34,266 nt of DNA from Candidatus Pacearchaeota archaeon (GTDB taxonomy: Archaea > Nanobdellota > Nanobdellia > Pacearchaeales > GW2011-AR1): contig JAWALV010000001.1 in assembly GCA_038886595.1 (NCBI GenBank), positions 1-34,266 of the forward strand. Reading direction: 5' to 3'. Shown in pieces: positions 17,347 through 26,042 of this stretch. A model generated the notes under the pieces. It ran no database searches. It saw nothing but the letters and a program-made list of their open reading frames with translations, and was not told the DNA's origin. Both the position numbers and the translations under genes were made by a program. Every line of letters starts with the position of its first letter. The first letter of the stretch is position 1.

Positions 17347-18129
17347 TTAAGTCATTTTTTCAATTAATTCTGCAATAGGTGGTGTAGGTATTGTAGGTAT
17401 TAGAGTTCTATCTATTGCTTCTTTGGCATCTATAGGATTGATTATAGTAGAAAGATTATATCTTTTTTTTAATAGGCAAAGTAGTTCATATTTACTTACA
17501 GAAGTAATTGAAGCTACCTGTTGAATACCCATTAAATTTTTTTCATTCTTAATAATATCAAGAATTAATTCTGCTAAATAATCTGTAGTTACCCCATTCC
17601 ATTTATGGTTTAAAAAACCATTACACTCCTTTTGCTGTAAAAACCATTCGACCAAACTTTTTTTATTAGGACCAATTTCTCTACCTATTATTGAGGTTCT
17701 TATAGTTAGATTTTTTTCATCAATTATTTCTCCAAGTGCTTTTGACATTCCGTACAAATCTTTAGCAGAATAAGATTCATCAACCCTATAATTTCCCTTT
17801 TTTCCATCAAATACACAATCAGTGCTTATTTGTATTACTTTACCTCCGTATTCATTAACCATCTTTTTTAATATATGTGGAAATAAAGCATTTATATATA
17901 TTATTTCTTCCCTTGTTGATTTTTCACAGACAGGTTTTATTAATCCAATACAGTTAATTGCTATCTCCGGTTTTTCTCTTATAACGTAATTTTCAAATTC
18001 TTTTTTTTGTGTGTAAATATTAAAATCACTCTTTAAAACTTTTAATGTTTTCTCTTTAGAAAAATAATCAAAAACTTTATGTCCAAGCATACCCCTGTGC
18101 CCTAATATAAGTATCTTTTGTTTTTTCAT
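17347..18129 (-). CDS. RmlD-like NAD(P)H sugar 4-ketoreductase (dTDP-4-dehydrorhamnose reductase family)
   Basis: ILILGHRGMLGHKV Rossmann motif. QISTDCVFDGKKGNY...YGMSKALGE matches the RmlD iStDyVFdG...YG.sK..GE pattern. Confidence 0.75.
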   Translation of the reverse strand: MKKQKILILGHRGMLGHKVFDYFSKEKTLKVLKSDFNIYTQKKEFENYVIREKPEIAINCIGLIKPVCEKSTREEIIYINALFPHILKKMVNEYGGKVIQISTDCVFDGKKGNYRVDESYSAKDLYGMSKALGEIIDEKNLTIRTSIIGREIGPNKKSLVEWFLQQKECNGFLNHKWNGVTTDYLAELILDIIKNEKNLMGIQQVASITSVSKYELLCLLKKRYNLSTIINPIDAKEAIDRTLIPTIPTPPIAELIEKMT

Positions 18130-18131
18130 TT

Positions 18132-19031
18132 TTATTTTAAATGATTATAATATTTTTCTTCATTAAAATTTATTTTTTCTTCTTTAATTTTTTTTCCGAT
18201 TTCTATTATCCCATCTTCTATTCTTCTCTGAAAAACAAATCCTAAAGAAGTGAGCTTTTTATTAGAAACTGTGTAGTTTCGGTTATCTTCTAAGTTTTGT
18301 GTAATTACTAGTTTAGAATTAAAAATTTCACTTATTTTTTTTGCTACTTCATTTAGACTATAATTTTCATGAGCAACATTATAAACTCCTCTGTATAGGG
18401 GATTTTTGGCAAAGAAAACTATTGCCCGAGCAATATCTTCAACGTGTGTGAAAGGTCTATTTTGTTTACCCCCATAAACTTCTACCGGTAAACCATTTAC
18501 TGCTCTTGCTACAAATTTATTTACTACTAGATCGAATCTCATTCTATTAGACCATCCATATACAGTTCCAAATCTCAATGAAACATTATTTTCTCTTTTG
18601 ATTATTTCATTTTCTCCTAATAGTTTTGTTTGTCCATAAAAGTCTACAGGCATTGTTTTACTATCTTCATTTAAAATTCCTTCTTGATTTCCATAAACAC
18701 TACATGTGCTTCCATATATTACCCTTATTTTATTCTTTTCACATTCTTCTGCAATTTTTTTGGTTAGCTCGTAGTTTACTCTAAAAGCTTCAGAAGGATT
18801 ATTTAGACAAGCTTTTTCTCCCACAATTCCGGCAAGGTGAATTACTGCATCAAAGTTTTTTATTTTGGTTCTTTCTAAAAAATCTCCAAGATCCTGTTCT
18901 ACATATGTAAAAGAAACTTCCTGTTCAAAAATATTTTTATCTACAACAAGGACTTCGTGTTTTTTTTCTTTAAGAAGTAAAACAACTTTTTGTCCTATAT
19001 AACCCAAACCACCAGTTATTAAAAATTTCAC
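18132..19031 (-). CDS. NAD-dependent nucleotide-sugar epimerase/dehydratase (extended SDR)
   Basis: ITGGLGYIGQKV glycine motif, GSTCSVYG, and the YGQTKLLGE catalytic YxxxK. Confidence 0.8.
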   Translation of the reverse strand: MKFLITGGLGYIGQKVVLLLKEKKHEVLVVDKNIFEQEVSFTYVEQDLGDFLERTKIKNFDAVIHLAGIVGEKACLNNPSEAFRVNYELTKKIAEECEKNKIRVIYGSTCSVYGNQEGILNEDSKTMPVDFYGQTKLLGENEIIKRENNVSLRFGTVYGWSNRMRFDLVVNKFVARAVNGLPVEVYGGKQNRPFTHVEDIARAIVFFAKNPLYRGVYNVAHENYSLNEVAKKISEIFNSKLVITQNLEDNRNYTVSNKKLTSLGFVFQRRIEDGIIEIGKKIKEEKINFNEEKYYNHLK

Positions 19032-19462
19032 CTATTTTTTACCTCCCATCCATCAAATTTATTAAAAGGTATCCTAAAATCGTCTTCTTTACTTTCTTCC
19101 ATTGTACTAGAAGAAAAAACTATTAAACCGTTCTCTTCAGTTCTATTTATAAATCCATTAAACCATCCAGGAGGACAAATAATTATCTCTGGGTTCTTTT
19201 CACTCAAAGTAAACTCTATAATCTTCTTGTCTAATTTTTCTTCTTCCCCAATTTTTATAAATTTAAAAGTAAAAACCCCCTTTGTTACAAAAAATAGCTT
19301 CCATTCTTTTTTATGACCATGGTAAGCCCTAATTACTTCTTTTTTTGAATTGCTTATAAAATAAGCTCTCTTAGGGATAAAATAATCTAAGGATATATTT
19401 GTAAAGTCTCCTCTGTCATCAGTGAATCTTTCAATTTTTATTTTTTTAGGTTCATCTAGCAT
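19028..19462 (-). CDS. RmlC/FdtA-like cupin sugar epimerase/isomerase
   Basis: FTDDRGDFTNI...IRAYHGHKKEWKLFFVTKG...PPGWFNGF fits the f.D.RG...RG.H.H...k.....G cupin pattern of nucleotide-sugar 3,5-epimerases and 3,4-ketoisomerases. Translationally coupled to the two SDR genes. Confidence 0.65.
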   Translation of the reverse strand: MLDEPKKIKIERFTDDRGDFTNISLDYFIPKRAYFISNSKKEVIRAYHGHKKEWKLFFVTKGVFTFKFIKIGEEEKLDKKIIEFTLSEKNPEIIICPPGWFNGFINRTEENGLIVFSSSTMEESKEDDFRIPFNKFDGWEVKNR

Positions 19463-19486
19463 AATTTTTTTTATTAATTAGCCTTT

Positions 19487-20410
19487 TTAATCCTTTGGAT
19501 TAAAAAATAATCCTCTAATTAAAAATTGTAAGATGAGTGGCAAATAATAAAATCTTCTAGAATTAATTATTGCCATAAAACTATTTTTTAAAGAACCTAA
19601 AAAAATTCTAATAGCATCTTTTTTATCGTTTTTTTCTTTGCTTTTTATCAAAATTTTGCTAAAATATATAGAATTTCTTAAGTATATCCCTGTTCTCCTA
19701 AGCAATTCTTTATTACTTGTTATAGGAGTATAATTTCTTCTTTTTAAAGAATAATCTTTATGCAGAATTTTACTTTTTCCTACTAAGAAACCTCTTCCTT
19801 TTTTAGAGAGATTATAAGTAAAGATTGTATCATCAGAATAAATAAAGAGGTCTTTTTTTGGAAGGTCTTTTTCTTTTAGAATTCTCATATTTATAAATAA
19901 TCCTGTAAAAACACTCCATTTTATTTCTATTAAAGAATTAGAAAGATATTCTGCCCAAAAAGGGTTTTCCAAACATATCTTTATAGGTAAGTTTCCTCCG
20001 TCTAACCATTTTAAAGAAGAAGATAAATAAGAAATTTTTTCTTTTTTTCTTTTTAAGAATTCTTTTGCTTTTATTAGCTCATCAAACGAATTTTCTAATG
20101 GTTCGCAATCTTCATCAAATAACCACAACCACGCAATCTTTTCTTTTAAGGCTTTCTTTAGTCCTTCTTTATAACCCCCGGCCGAACCGAAGTTTTTTGG
20201 AAGTTCTAAAATAATCACTTTTTTATTTTTTTCATATTTTGAGGATAAAGGATAATTATCTGTACTTTCTCCGTTTATTACTAAGATTATTTTTTTTATT
20301 TTTTTTATTTTTAATAATTTTTTTATACATTCTTCTGCCATTTTTTTTCTATCTTTTGTTAAAACTAAGGCGCCTATCAAATCTTTAGAAATTTTATTAT
20401 TTTTTTCCAT
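19487..20410 (-). CDS. Glycosyltransferase family 2 (GT-A)
   Basis: ALVLTKDRKKMAEECIKKL...LVINGESTDN...FGSAGGYKEGLKKA...LFDEDCEP (DxD-type motif). Confidence 0.75.
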   Translation of the reverse strand: MEKNNKISKDLIGALVLTKDRKKMAEECIKKLLKIKKIKKIILVINGESTDNYPLSSKYEKNKKVIILELPKNFGSAGGYKEGLKKALKEKIAWLWLFDEDCEPLENSFDELIKAKEFLKRKKEKISYLSSSLKWLDGGNLPIKICLENPFWAEYLSNSLIEIKWSVFTGLFINMRILKEKDLPKKDLFIYSDDTIFTYNLSKKGRGFLVGKSKILHKDYSLKRRNYTPITSNKELLRRTGIYLRNSIYFSKILIKSKEKNDKKDAIRIFLGSLKNSFMAIINSRRFYYLPLILQFLIRGLFFNPKD

Positions 20411-21288
20411 TTTTTTACTTTAAAAAAAGTAAAATATACTCTTAAATACCCCTCACTCTTAATTATTCTATTATTATCAAATAAAGGAAAATCCATTTCA
20501 AATCTTTTTAAACTCTTCTCTTTTTCTATATAATTTGTAGTGTGTGTTCCTTTTTTAAAACCAATATTTGTTATTAGATTTTTTTTAGGGATAATACAGA
20601 GAGCATTATTTATTAAACAACAGAATATCCATTGATAATCCCAAGTGTCTATTTTTTTAGCATAAGTTAATTGGTAAAGCCTCCAAGACTTGATTTTATC
20701 TAGGAAACTGTAATCTTTAACGATTTCTAAAAAATTTTTAGAAAACCTTATTTTTTTCCATTCTTTCATTTCAACATCATAATTTTTCCAAGCTCTTCTC
20801 CATGTAGCCCATCCCCAAGCGTTAAAGCAAGGTGTAAAAAAATAATCTTCTTTTATTTTAGAAATTCTTTCTATATTGGTGCCACTAATTTGCATTACTC
20901 TTTCATCATCTTTATATCTTTCTAATAACTCTTGGCAAAATCTAAAAAAACTCTGAGAAGGCAAGCAGTCGTCTTCTAAAATTATTCCCCGTTCTTCATT
21001 TTCAAAGAACCAGGTTATTGCACTAGAAACAGCATATTTGCAACCTAAATTCTTGTCTCTAAGTAGAGTTTTTACTTTACAAGGCCAATCAATATTCTCT
21101 AACACATACTTTCTGACAGCATCTGTTTTCTTTTTTTCTTCCTCGTTTCTTGGCCCATCTGCTGCTATATAAAGTTTTGTCGGTCTTGCTTTTCTAATTT
21201 CAGCAAAAACTTTTTTTGTAGTTTCTATTCTATTAAAAATTAGGAAAAGGACAGGAGTTGTTAGTTTAAATTTTCTGGTGTTTTTCAT
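20377..21288 (-). CDS. GT-A fold glycosyltransferase (GNT-I/HlpA-like family)
   Basis: LIFNRIETTKKVFAEIRKARPTKLYIAADGPR...NLGCKYAVSSAITWFFENEERGIILEDDCLPSQSFFRFCQELLERY is the typical signature of this GT2-like clade. Confidence 0.7.
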   Translation of the reverse strand: MKNTRKFKLTTPVLFLIFNRIETTKKVFAEIRKARPTKLYIAADGPRNEEEKKKTDAVRKYVLENIDWPCKVKTLLRDKNLGCKYAVSSAITWFFENEERGIILEDDCLPSQSFFRFCQELLERYKDDERVMQISGTNIERISKIKEDYFFTPCFNAWGWATWRRAWKNYDVEMKEWKKIRFSKNFLEIVKDYSFLDKIKSWRLYQLTYAKKIDTWDYQWIFCCLINNALCIIPKKNLITNIGFKKGTHTTNYIEKEKSLKRFEMDFPLFDNNRIIKSEGYLRVYFTFFKVKKWKKIIKFLKI

Positions 21289-21437
21289 TTTTTCACTATC
21301 TATAATTAGCTATTTAGTACTTTTTCTTTTTTACCAATAACACCTTCCTTAGATTTTATTATAATTCTAGGAATCCTCCCCAATATTTTTTTCATTTTTT
21401 AATTCTATTCGCGCCATCATTATTTTTTATTTATTCT

Positions 21438-22586
21438 TCATTTTCTTAAAATCTTCTTATAGGTTTTAACTAAATTTTCTCCATATTTTTCCCATGTAAA
21501 ATTTTCCACCCTCTTCCTTGCAGCCCACCCCATTTTTTTTGCTGCTTTTGGATTTTTATAGAAATAAAGGATTTTTTCTTTTAAAGCTTTTACATTTCTA
21601 ATTGGCACTATAAAACCTTCTTTCCCATCTCTTGCAATGCTTCCAGAATTAAAAGTAGTTATTAATGGTAAACCTGAAGCCATTGCTTCATAATTTACTA
21701 GTGCAGAGCCCTCTTCTAAAGAAGGAAAAACAAAAACATCAGAAATTTTATAGTATTCCCTAGGATCTGCAAAACCTATCAATTTTATTGTTTTATTATT
21801 TTTGTAACTCTCTACGACTTTTTCAGCATCAGGCCAAACTCTTCCAACAATTATAAGTTCGGCATTTTTTAGATTTAATTCTTCCCATGCTTGAAGTAAA
21901 TATTGAATCCCTTTTCTTAATTGAATACTTCCAACAAAAATTGCTCGAAATATGTTGTCTTTTTTTTCTTTTTTCGGAGAAAATTTGGTTAAATCTACTC
22001 CAAAACTAATTTTTATTACTTTTTCTTTTGGAAATCCTTTTTCAATAAAGCTCTTTTCTGCAAAATCCGAAGGGACCAAAACATAATCAGCAAAATTTAA
22101 TTCATCTAGAGCTTTTTTAATTTGATTTTTAGAAAAAATCTTCTCTTTTATACAATATTTCCTATATTCTTCTTCAAGAATCTCTTTTTGTGTTAAGGGA
22201 TGGGAAGACGCATTTTCTACAACAACTATTGCTCCAAGTCTTTTAGCTTTGTTAGCAGCGGAGAGACCATGATTTCTCCAATAGTGAAATATATCAATTC
22301 TTTTTATGTAAATTTTACTTAATTGATCATAAAAAGGATCTAGAATAGCATAAGGATTAAAAGAACGAAAGAAATACTTTTGAACTCCTTTTAAGGGATA
22401 CCATACTAAATATTTTAGTGGCCAAAAACTTTTTATTTTTTTTTTGGGTATTTCTGTTTTTTTATAATCCAAGCAGATTACTTTATCTAAGACGTCTTTT
22501 TTATAAATACCAGAAACGGCCTTGTAAGCCGTATTTCCTATCCCAACCCCCCCAAAGATAGACCCAACAGAGTAAATAATCTTCAT
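21438..22586 (-). CDS. Glycosyltransferase family 4 (GT-B)
   Basis: FVFPSLEEGSALVNYEAMASGLPLITTFNSGS...KEGFIVP. Confidence 0.85.
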   Translation of the reverse strand: MKIIYSVGSIFGGVGIGNTAYKAVSGIYKKDVLDKVICLDYKKTEIPKKKIKSFWPLKYLVWYPLKGVQKYFFRSFNPYAILDPFYDQLSKIYIKRIDIFHYWRNHGLSAANKAKRLGAIVVVENASSHPLTQKEILEEEYRKYCIKEKIFSKNQIKKALDELNFADYVLVPSDFAEKSFIEKGFPKEKVIKISFGVDLTKFSPKKEKKDNIFRAIFVGSIQLRKGIQYLLQAWEELNLKNAELIIVGRVWPDAEKVVESYKNNKTIKLIGFADPREYYKISDVFVFPSLEEGSALVNYEAMASGLPLITTFNSGSIARDGKEGFIVPIRNVKALKEKILYFYKNPKAAKKMGWAARKRVENFTWEKYGENLVKTYKKILRK

Positions 22587-23497
22587 AGTTTTTTCTTTAA
22601 TTTTATTTTAAAATATATCTCACCTATTTTTGAGGCGATAGCTAAAGCTATTGTTAAATAACAGAATTTTATAAAATCAATAAAACAAACTTTTTCTTTT
22701 AGAAAGATTTTTTTTGTTTTTTTTAAATTTTTCCATTGTTCAAAAATTCTTGAGAATTTATAAGGGGTCTTTAGATTCCTATTGATTCCTTTGTGAATTA
22801 TAGCGCCAGACATTCTCTTAAATTTTAGTTTAATAACTGAAATAAAATTTTCTGATCTAAGATGTTCTCCTTTTATAGAAGGATCTTTTATTACAATATA
22901 GTCTTTTTTTAAAATTCTTTGAGTTAAGTCTATATCTTCTCCCGCAGCGAAAGGAAAATTTTCATTAAAACCTTTCACTTCTTTTAAAACTTTTCTTCTA
23001 TAACTACACAGAGCTGTTGAAAGACCTTTTTCTTTTTCTTCTTTTTCTAATTTAGTCACTCCCATATATTCATCTAAATATCTAGCTATATAATATAGGT
23101 CTGGCCAACTTAATTTTATAGGCAATACATTTCCCCCAACACCAACAACATTTTGATTTTTATACCATTCTAAACTCTTTTTAACGATGTCTTTATTTAT
23201 TAAAACATCATCATCTACAAAAAAGATAATTTCTCCTTTAGAATTTTTTATTCCTTTGTTTCTTGCTTTTGCAGGGCCGCTATTTTCTTGTTTAATATAT
23301 TTTATATTTTTTCTTTTTTTTAAAAGGTTTCTTATTACTTCTTCTGTTCTGTCTGTTGACCCATCATCGACTATGATTATTTCATAATTTTTTTTTGGAT
23401 AATCCACCTTCATAATATTACTCAAGCATTTTCTTAAATTTTCTTTTCTATTATATGTAGGTACAACAAAAGAAAAAAAAGGTAGCTCTTTTTCCAT
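22583..23497 (-). CDS. Glycosyltransferase family 2 (GT-A)
   Basis: FSFVVPTYNRKENLRKCL...IIIVDDGSTDRTEE...GPAKARNKGI...IFFVDDD. Confidence 0.88.
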   Translation of the reverse strand: MEKELPFFSFVVPTYNRKENLRKCLSNIMKVDYPKKNYEIIIVDDGSTDRTEEVIRNLLKKRKNIKYIKQENSGPAKARNKGIKNSKGEIIFFVDDDVLINKDIVKKSLEWYKNQNVVGVGGNVLPIKLSWPDLYYIARYLDEYMGVTKLEKEEKEKGLSTALCSYRRKVLKEVKGFNENFPFAAGEDIDLTQRILKKDYIVIKDPSIKGEHLRSENFISVIKLKFKRMSGAIIHKGINRNLKTPYKFSRIFEQWKNLKKTKKIFLKEKVCFIDFIKFCYLTIALAIASKIGEIYFKIKLKKKL

Positions 23498-23568
23498 TTT
23501 TTATCTAATTAAATGCGATTTTTAAATATTTAGTTAAATTTTTAATCCTCTTTTTTTATTTTACTTTT

Positions 23569-24663
23569 ATGGAAAATATAAAAGTTTACCTTCAATACCC
23601 TTGGAAATTTTCTGATAGTTCTTATTATAAAAACATCCTAGAATTTCCACCTCAAAAAGTGACTTTTGTTAATTTTAAGAGGGGTTTTGTAAAAGTTATA
23701 GGTTCTTCAAAAAAATTTGAATTTTACAGAGTGTTTAAAAATATTATAAGAAAAATTTTAAGTATAGTCAGTATACCTAACATCACTTATACTTTTAATA
23801 AAGATTGCGATTTAATTCATTGTGCTCATTGTTTATCTTTAAACAAAAAACCATGGGTGTTAGATACCGAAGTTTATGATAGAATTGCAGCAACAGGAAA
23901 AATTGCCTATTCTAGGCTAGGAAAATTTATTATAAAAAAACTATTAGAAAGTTCTTATTGTAAAAAAATTATTTGTTGGTCAGAAGATTGTAAGAAAACA
24001 TTCGAAAAAGCTTTTCATAATAACGAAAAAATATTAAATAAGATTGAAGTATTACATTTTGCTCTTCAAAAATTTAAGTTTAAGAAAATCCCTCATAAAA
24101 ATGTAAAGATTCTTTTCGTTGCTAGATGGTTTGACGCTAAGGGAGGAAGACAAACCCTGGAAGTTTTTAAAAGATTATCAGAAAAATTTAGGAAAGCAGA
24201 ATTTATTTTTATTTGTCCTACACCTAAAGAATTTAAAGAAAAATATAAGAATTCTCGAATAAAAATTTTAGATATGGTTCACCAAGAGAAACTTTTTGAA
24301 GAAATTTATCCTTATTCAGATATCTTTTTTTATCCCGGTTTTGGAGATTCTTATGGTTTTGCAGTTCCCGAAGCAATGATGTTTGGTTTACCCATCATAA
24401 CAACTGATACTTTTGCTAAAAGAGAACTTGTTACAAACGGTATTTCAGGTTTTTTAATAGAATTGCCAAAAAATTGGAAAGGTTATGAGGATATGAATGA
24501 AGAACTTCTTCAGAATTTAGAAGAAAAAACTGCCTTACTAATAGAAAACGAAAAATTAAGAAAGGAAATGAGCAAAAATGCAAGAAAAGAAGCTGAAAAA
24601 AAATTTTCTATTGAGAAAAGAAATAAGCTACTAAAAAAAATTTACTTAGAAGCAATTTCATAA
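23569..24663 (+). CDS. Glycosyltransferase family 4 (GT-B)
   Basis: FFYPGFGDSYGFAVPEAMMFGLPIITTDTFAKRELVTNGISGFLI. Confidence 0.8.
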   Translation: MENIKVYLQYPWKFSDSSYYKNILEFPPQKVTFVNFKRGFVKVIGSSKKFEFYRVFKNIIRKILSIVSIPNITYTFNKDCDLIHCAHCLSLNKKPWVLDTEVYDRIAATGKIAYSRLGKFIIKKLLESSYCKKIICWSEDCKKTFEKAFHNNEKILNKIEVLHFALQKFKFKKIPHKNVKILFVARWFDAKGGRQTLEVFKRLSEKFRKAEFIFICPTPKEFKEKYKNSRIKILDMVHQEKLFEEIYPYSDIFFYPGFGDSYGFAVPEAMMFGLPIITTDTFAKRELVTNGISGFLIELPKNWKGYEDMNEELLQNLEEKTALLIENEKLRKEMSKNARKEAEKKFSIEKRNKLLKKIYLEAIS

Positions 24664-25531
24664 TCTACCCTTGTCCACTCCTTTGGATTTTTATCAGCAT
24701 TCTTATCTAAATTATTTGGAAGATAATGTGTGAAGTATTTTGGGCATATGATTATTTTATTCTTATTTTTGTTTAAATAGGCGGCCCACCAACTAAGTAA
24801 ACTGTTTGCTAAGATATTATGTTTGCAATTTTTCATTAGCTCAAGATCTTCGTAGGCTTCATTTCCTTCAATAAAAAAAGCTTCTTCAATAAATCTTAAA
24901 TTTTTTTTACACCAATTTATATCGTCAGAGAAAATATAAAATTTTGGTTTTTTTATTTTATTTTTTATTATATTAACCGATTTGATATAGTACTCCAAAG
25001 GAAGAATATGCCCTCTTAAAACTAAAAGATCACCTCTTCTAACATGTATTGATACCGAGTTTGTTCTTTTAATTTTTTTTAATGTTAACTTTATTTTTCT
25101 TTTATATTCTTCTTTTAGTTCAATTTCTTTTATAAGTTCCTCTTTTATAATTTTGAAGTACTCTTCTCTAAAATATCCTCTTAGATAAAAGTCGCTTGAT
25201 TTTATTCTATACAACTCTTCAGCAGATTTAAAATCTTTTCCTTCTTCATATACTTTTTTTTCAAAGAGATGATACTTTCTTAAAATTTTATTTATTATTC
25301 TGTTATTAGTTTTAAAGAGGTATCTTTTTATTTCTTCTTTATTTGCTATAGGCGGGTCTATCATAAGCTTATCTAATTCATATTTTCTTGGAGAATCTTT
25401 TCTTTTTGCCAATTTTCATAAAAAGTGTTATCAATTTTGAAGGAGGCATTTTTTATTTTTGCGAGGGCCCTTGTAGCTGCGTAAATATTTAATTGATTTC
25501 CCAACCCACCACCACATTCAGCTATTATCAT
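24642..25531 (-). pseudogene. futC: GT11 alpha-1,2-fucosyltransferase split by a 1-nt frame change in an A-rich tract (pseudogene, phase-variable gene or recoding)
   Basis: The ATG at 25531 opens a 52-codon frame, MIIAECGGGLGNQLNIYAATRALAKIKNASFKIDNTFYENWQKEK..., carrying the GT11 N-terminal GGLGNQ motif; it stops at 25373. The rest of the protein is in the -1 frame from about 25412: HVRRGDLL, YIFSDDINWCKKNL, ANSLLSWWAAYLN. The junction sequence is ttggcaaaaagaaaag. Confidence 0.85.
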
Positions 25532-26039
25532 TTTTTATAACTTTTAAATAAAATTTTATTTCCATAGCAGGAAGAATGTAAGCAAAAAACCTGCAATAGA
25601 TATCCCTATTTAAGTTAGCAAGAGGATAAAATAAAAAATTTATAATCTTTCCAAATTTTCCTTCTCCAAAGCATATCTTAGAAGAAATATCAAATCTTCC
25701 TTCTTTGTTAAAATAGTCTAATGTTAAGTGATTAAATTTATAGACCTTAATAAAGACTGGCCATTTAAAGATAATTCTGTTGATGAAATATATGCAGAAA
25801 TGGTTTTAGAACACTTAAACGATATAAAACATTTTTTTAATGAGGTTTATAGAGTTTGTAAAAATAATGCTAGAATTACAATAAGAGTTCCTTTTTTTTC
25901 ATCTTACCATAATTATAGTGATCCGACCCATAAACATAACTTTGTCCGGATTGCATGAAGGATCTATATCGCAATTTATAAATCCTTTTAATTTTTTTGT
26001 TCCACATCCTAGATTAAGTTTCAATCCTTTTTTTTCCAT
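25518..26039 (-). pseudogene. Class I SAM-dependent methyltransferase (Methyltransf_11-like) interrupted by inversion of its central ~216 bp
   Basis: Minus strand 26039->25944 encodes MEKKGLKLNLGCGTKKLKGFINCDIDPSCNPD (SAM motif I). Plus strand 25728->25943 encodes VIKFIDLNKDWPFKDNSVDEIYAEMVLEHLND...RVCKNNARITIRVPFFSSYHNYSDPTHKHNF (motifs II-III and post-III). Minus strand 25727->25518 encodes LTLDYFNKEG...AYILPAMEIKFYLKVIKNDNS*. Joined in that order they form a colinear 173-aa methyltransferase. Confidence 0.85.
25728..25943 (+). other. Inverted internal segment of the methyltransferase gene. The track ORF 25728..25958 is this fragment read from a GTG.
   Basis: See the pseudogene entry. Boundaries are inferred from reading-frame continuity and are uncertain by a few nt. 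No inverted repeat longer than about 6 bp was seen at the junctions. Confidence 0.75.
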
Positions 26040-26042
26040 CTT

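Noticed and set aside
21306-21395. 29-aa minus-strand ORF (MKKILGRIPRIIIKSKEGVIGKKEKVLNS) in the gap between two glycosyltransferase genes
   Set aside because: It is very short, has no motif, and could arise by chance in A-rich spacer DNA. There is not enough evidence to call a gene.
23187-23387. Track ORF 23187..23387(+)
   Set aside because: It is antisense inside the GT2 gene 22583..23497.
25728-25958. The 76-aa plus-strand ORF as a stand-alone small methyltransferase gene
   Set aside because: It starts at a GTG and lacks SAM motif I. Its last four codons (VRIA) run past the inferred junction. It is the inverted core of the minus-strand methyltransferase gene.
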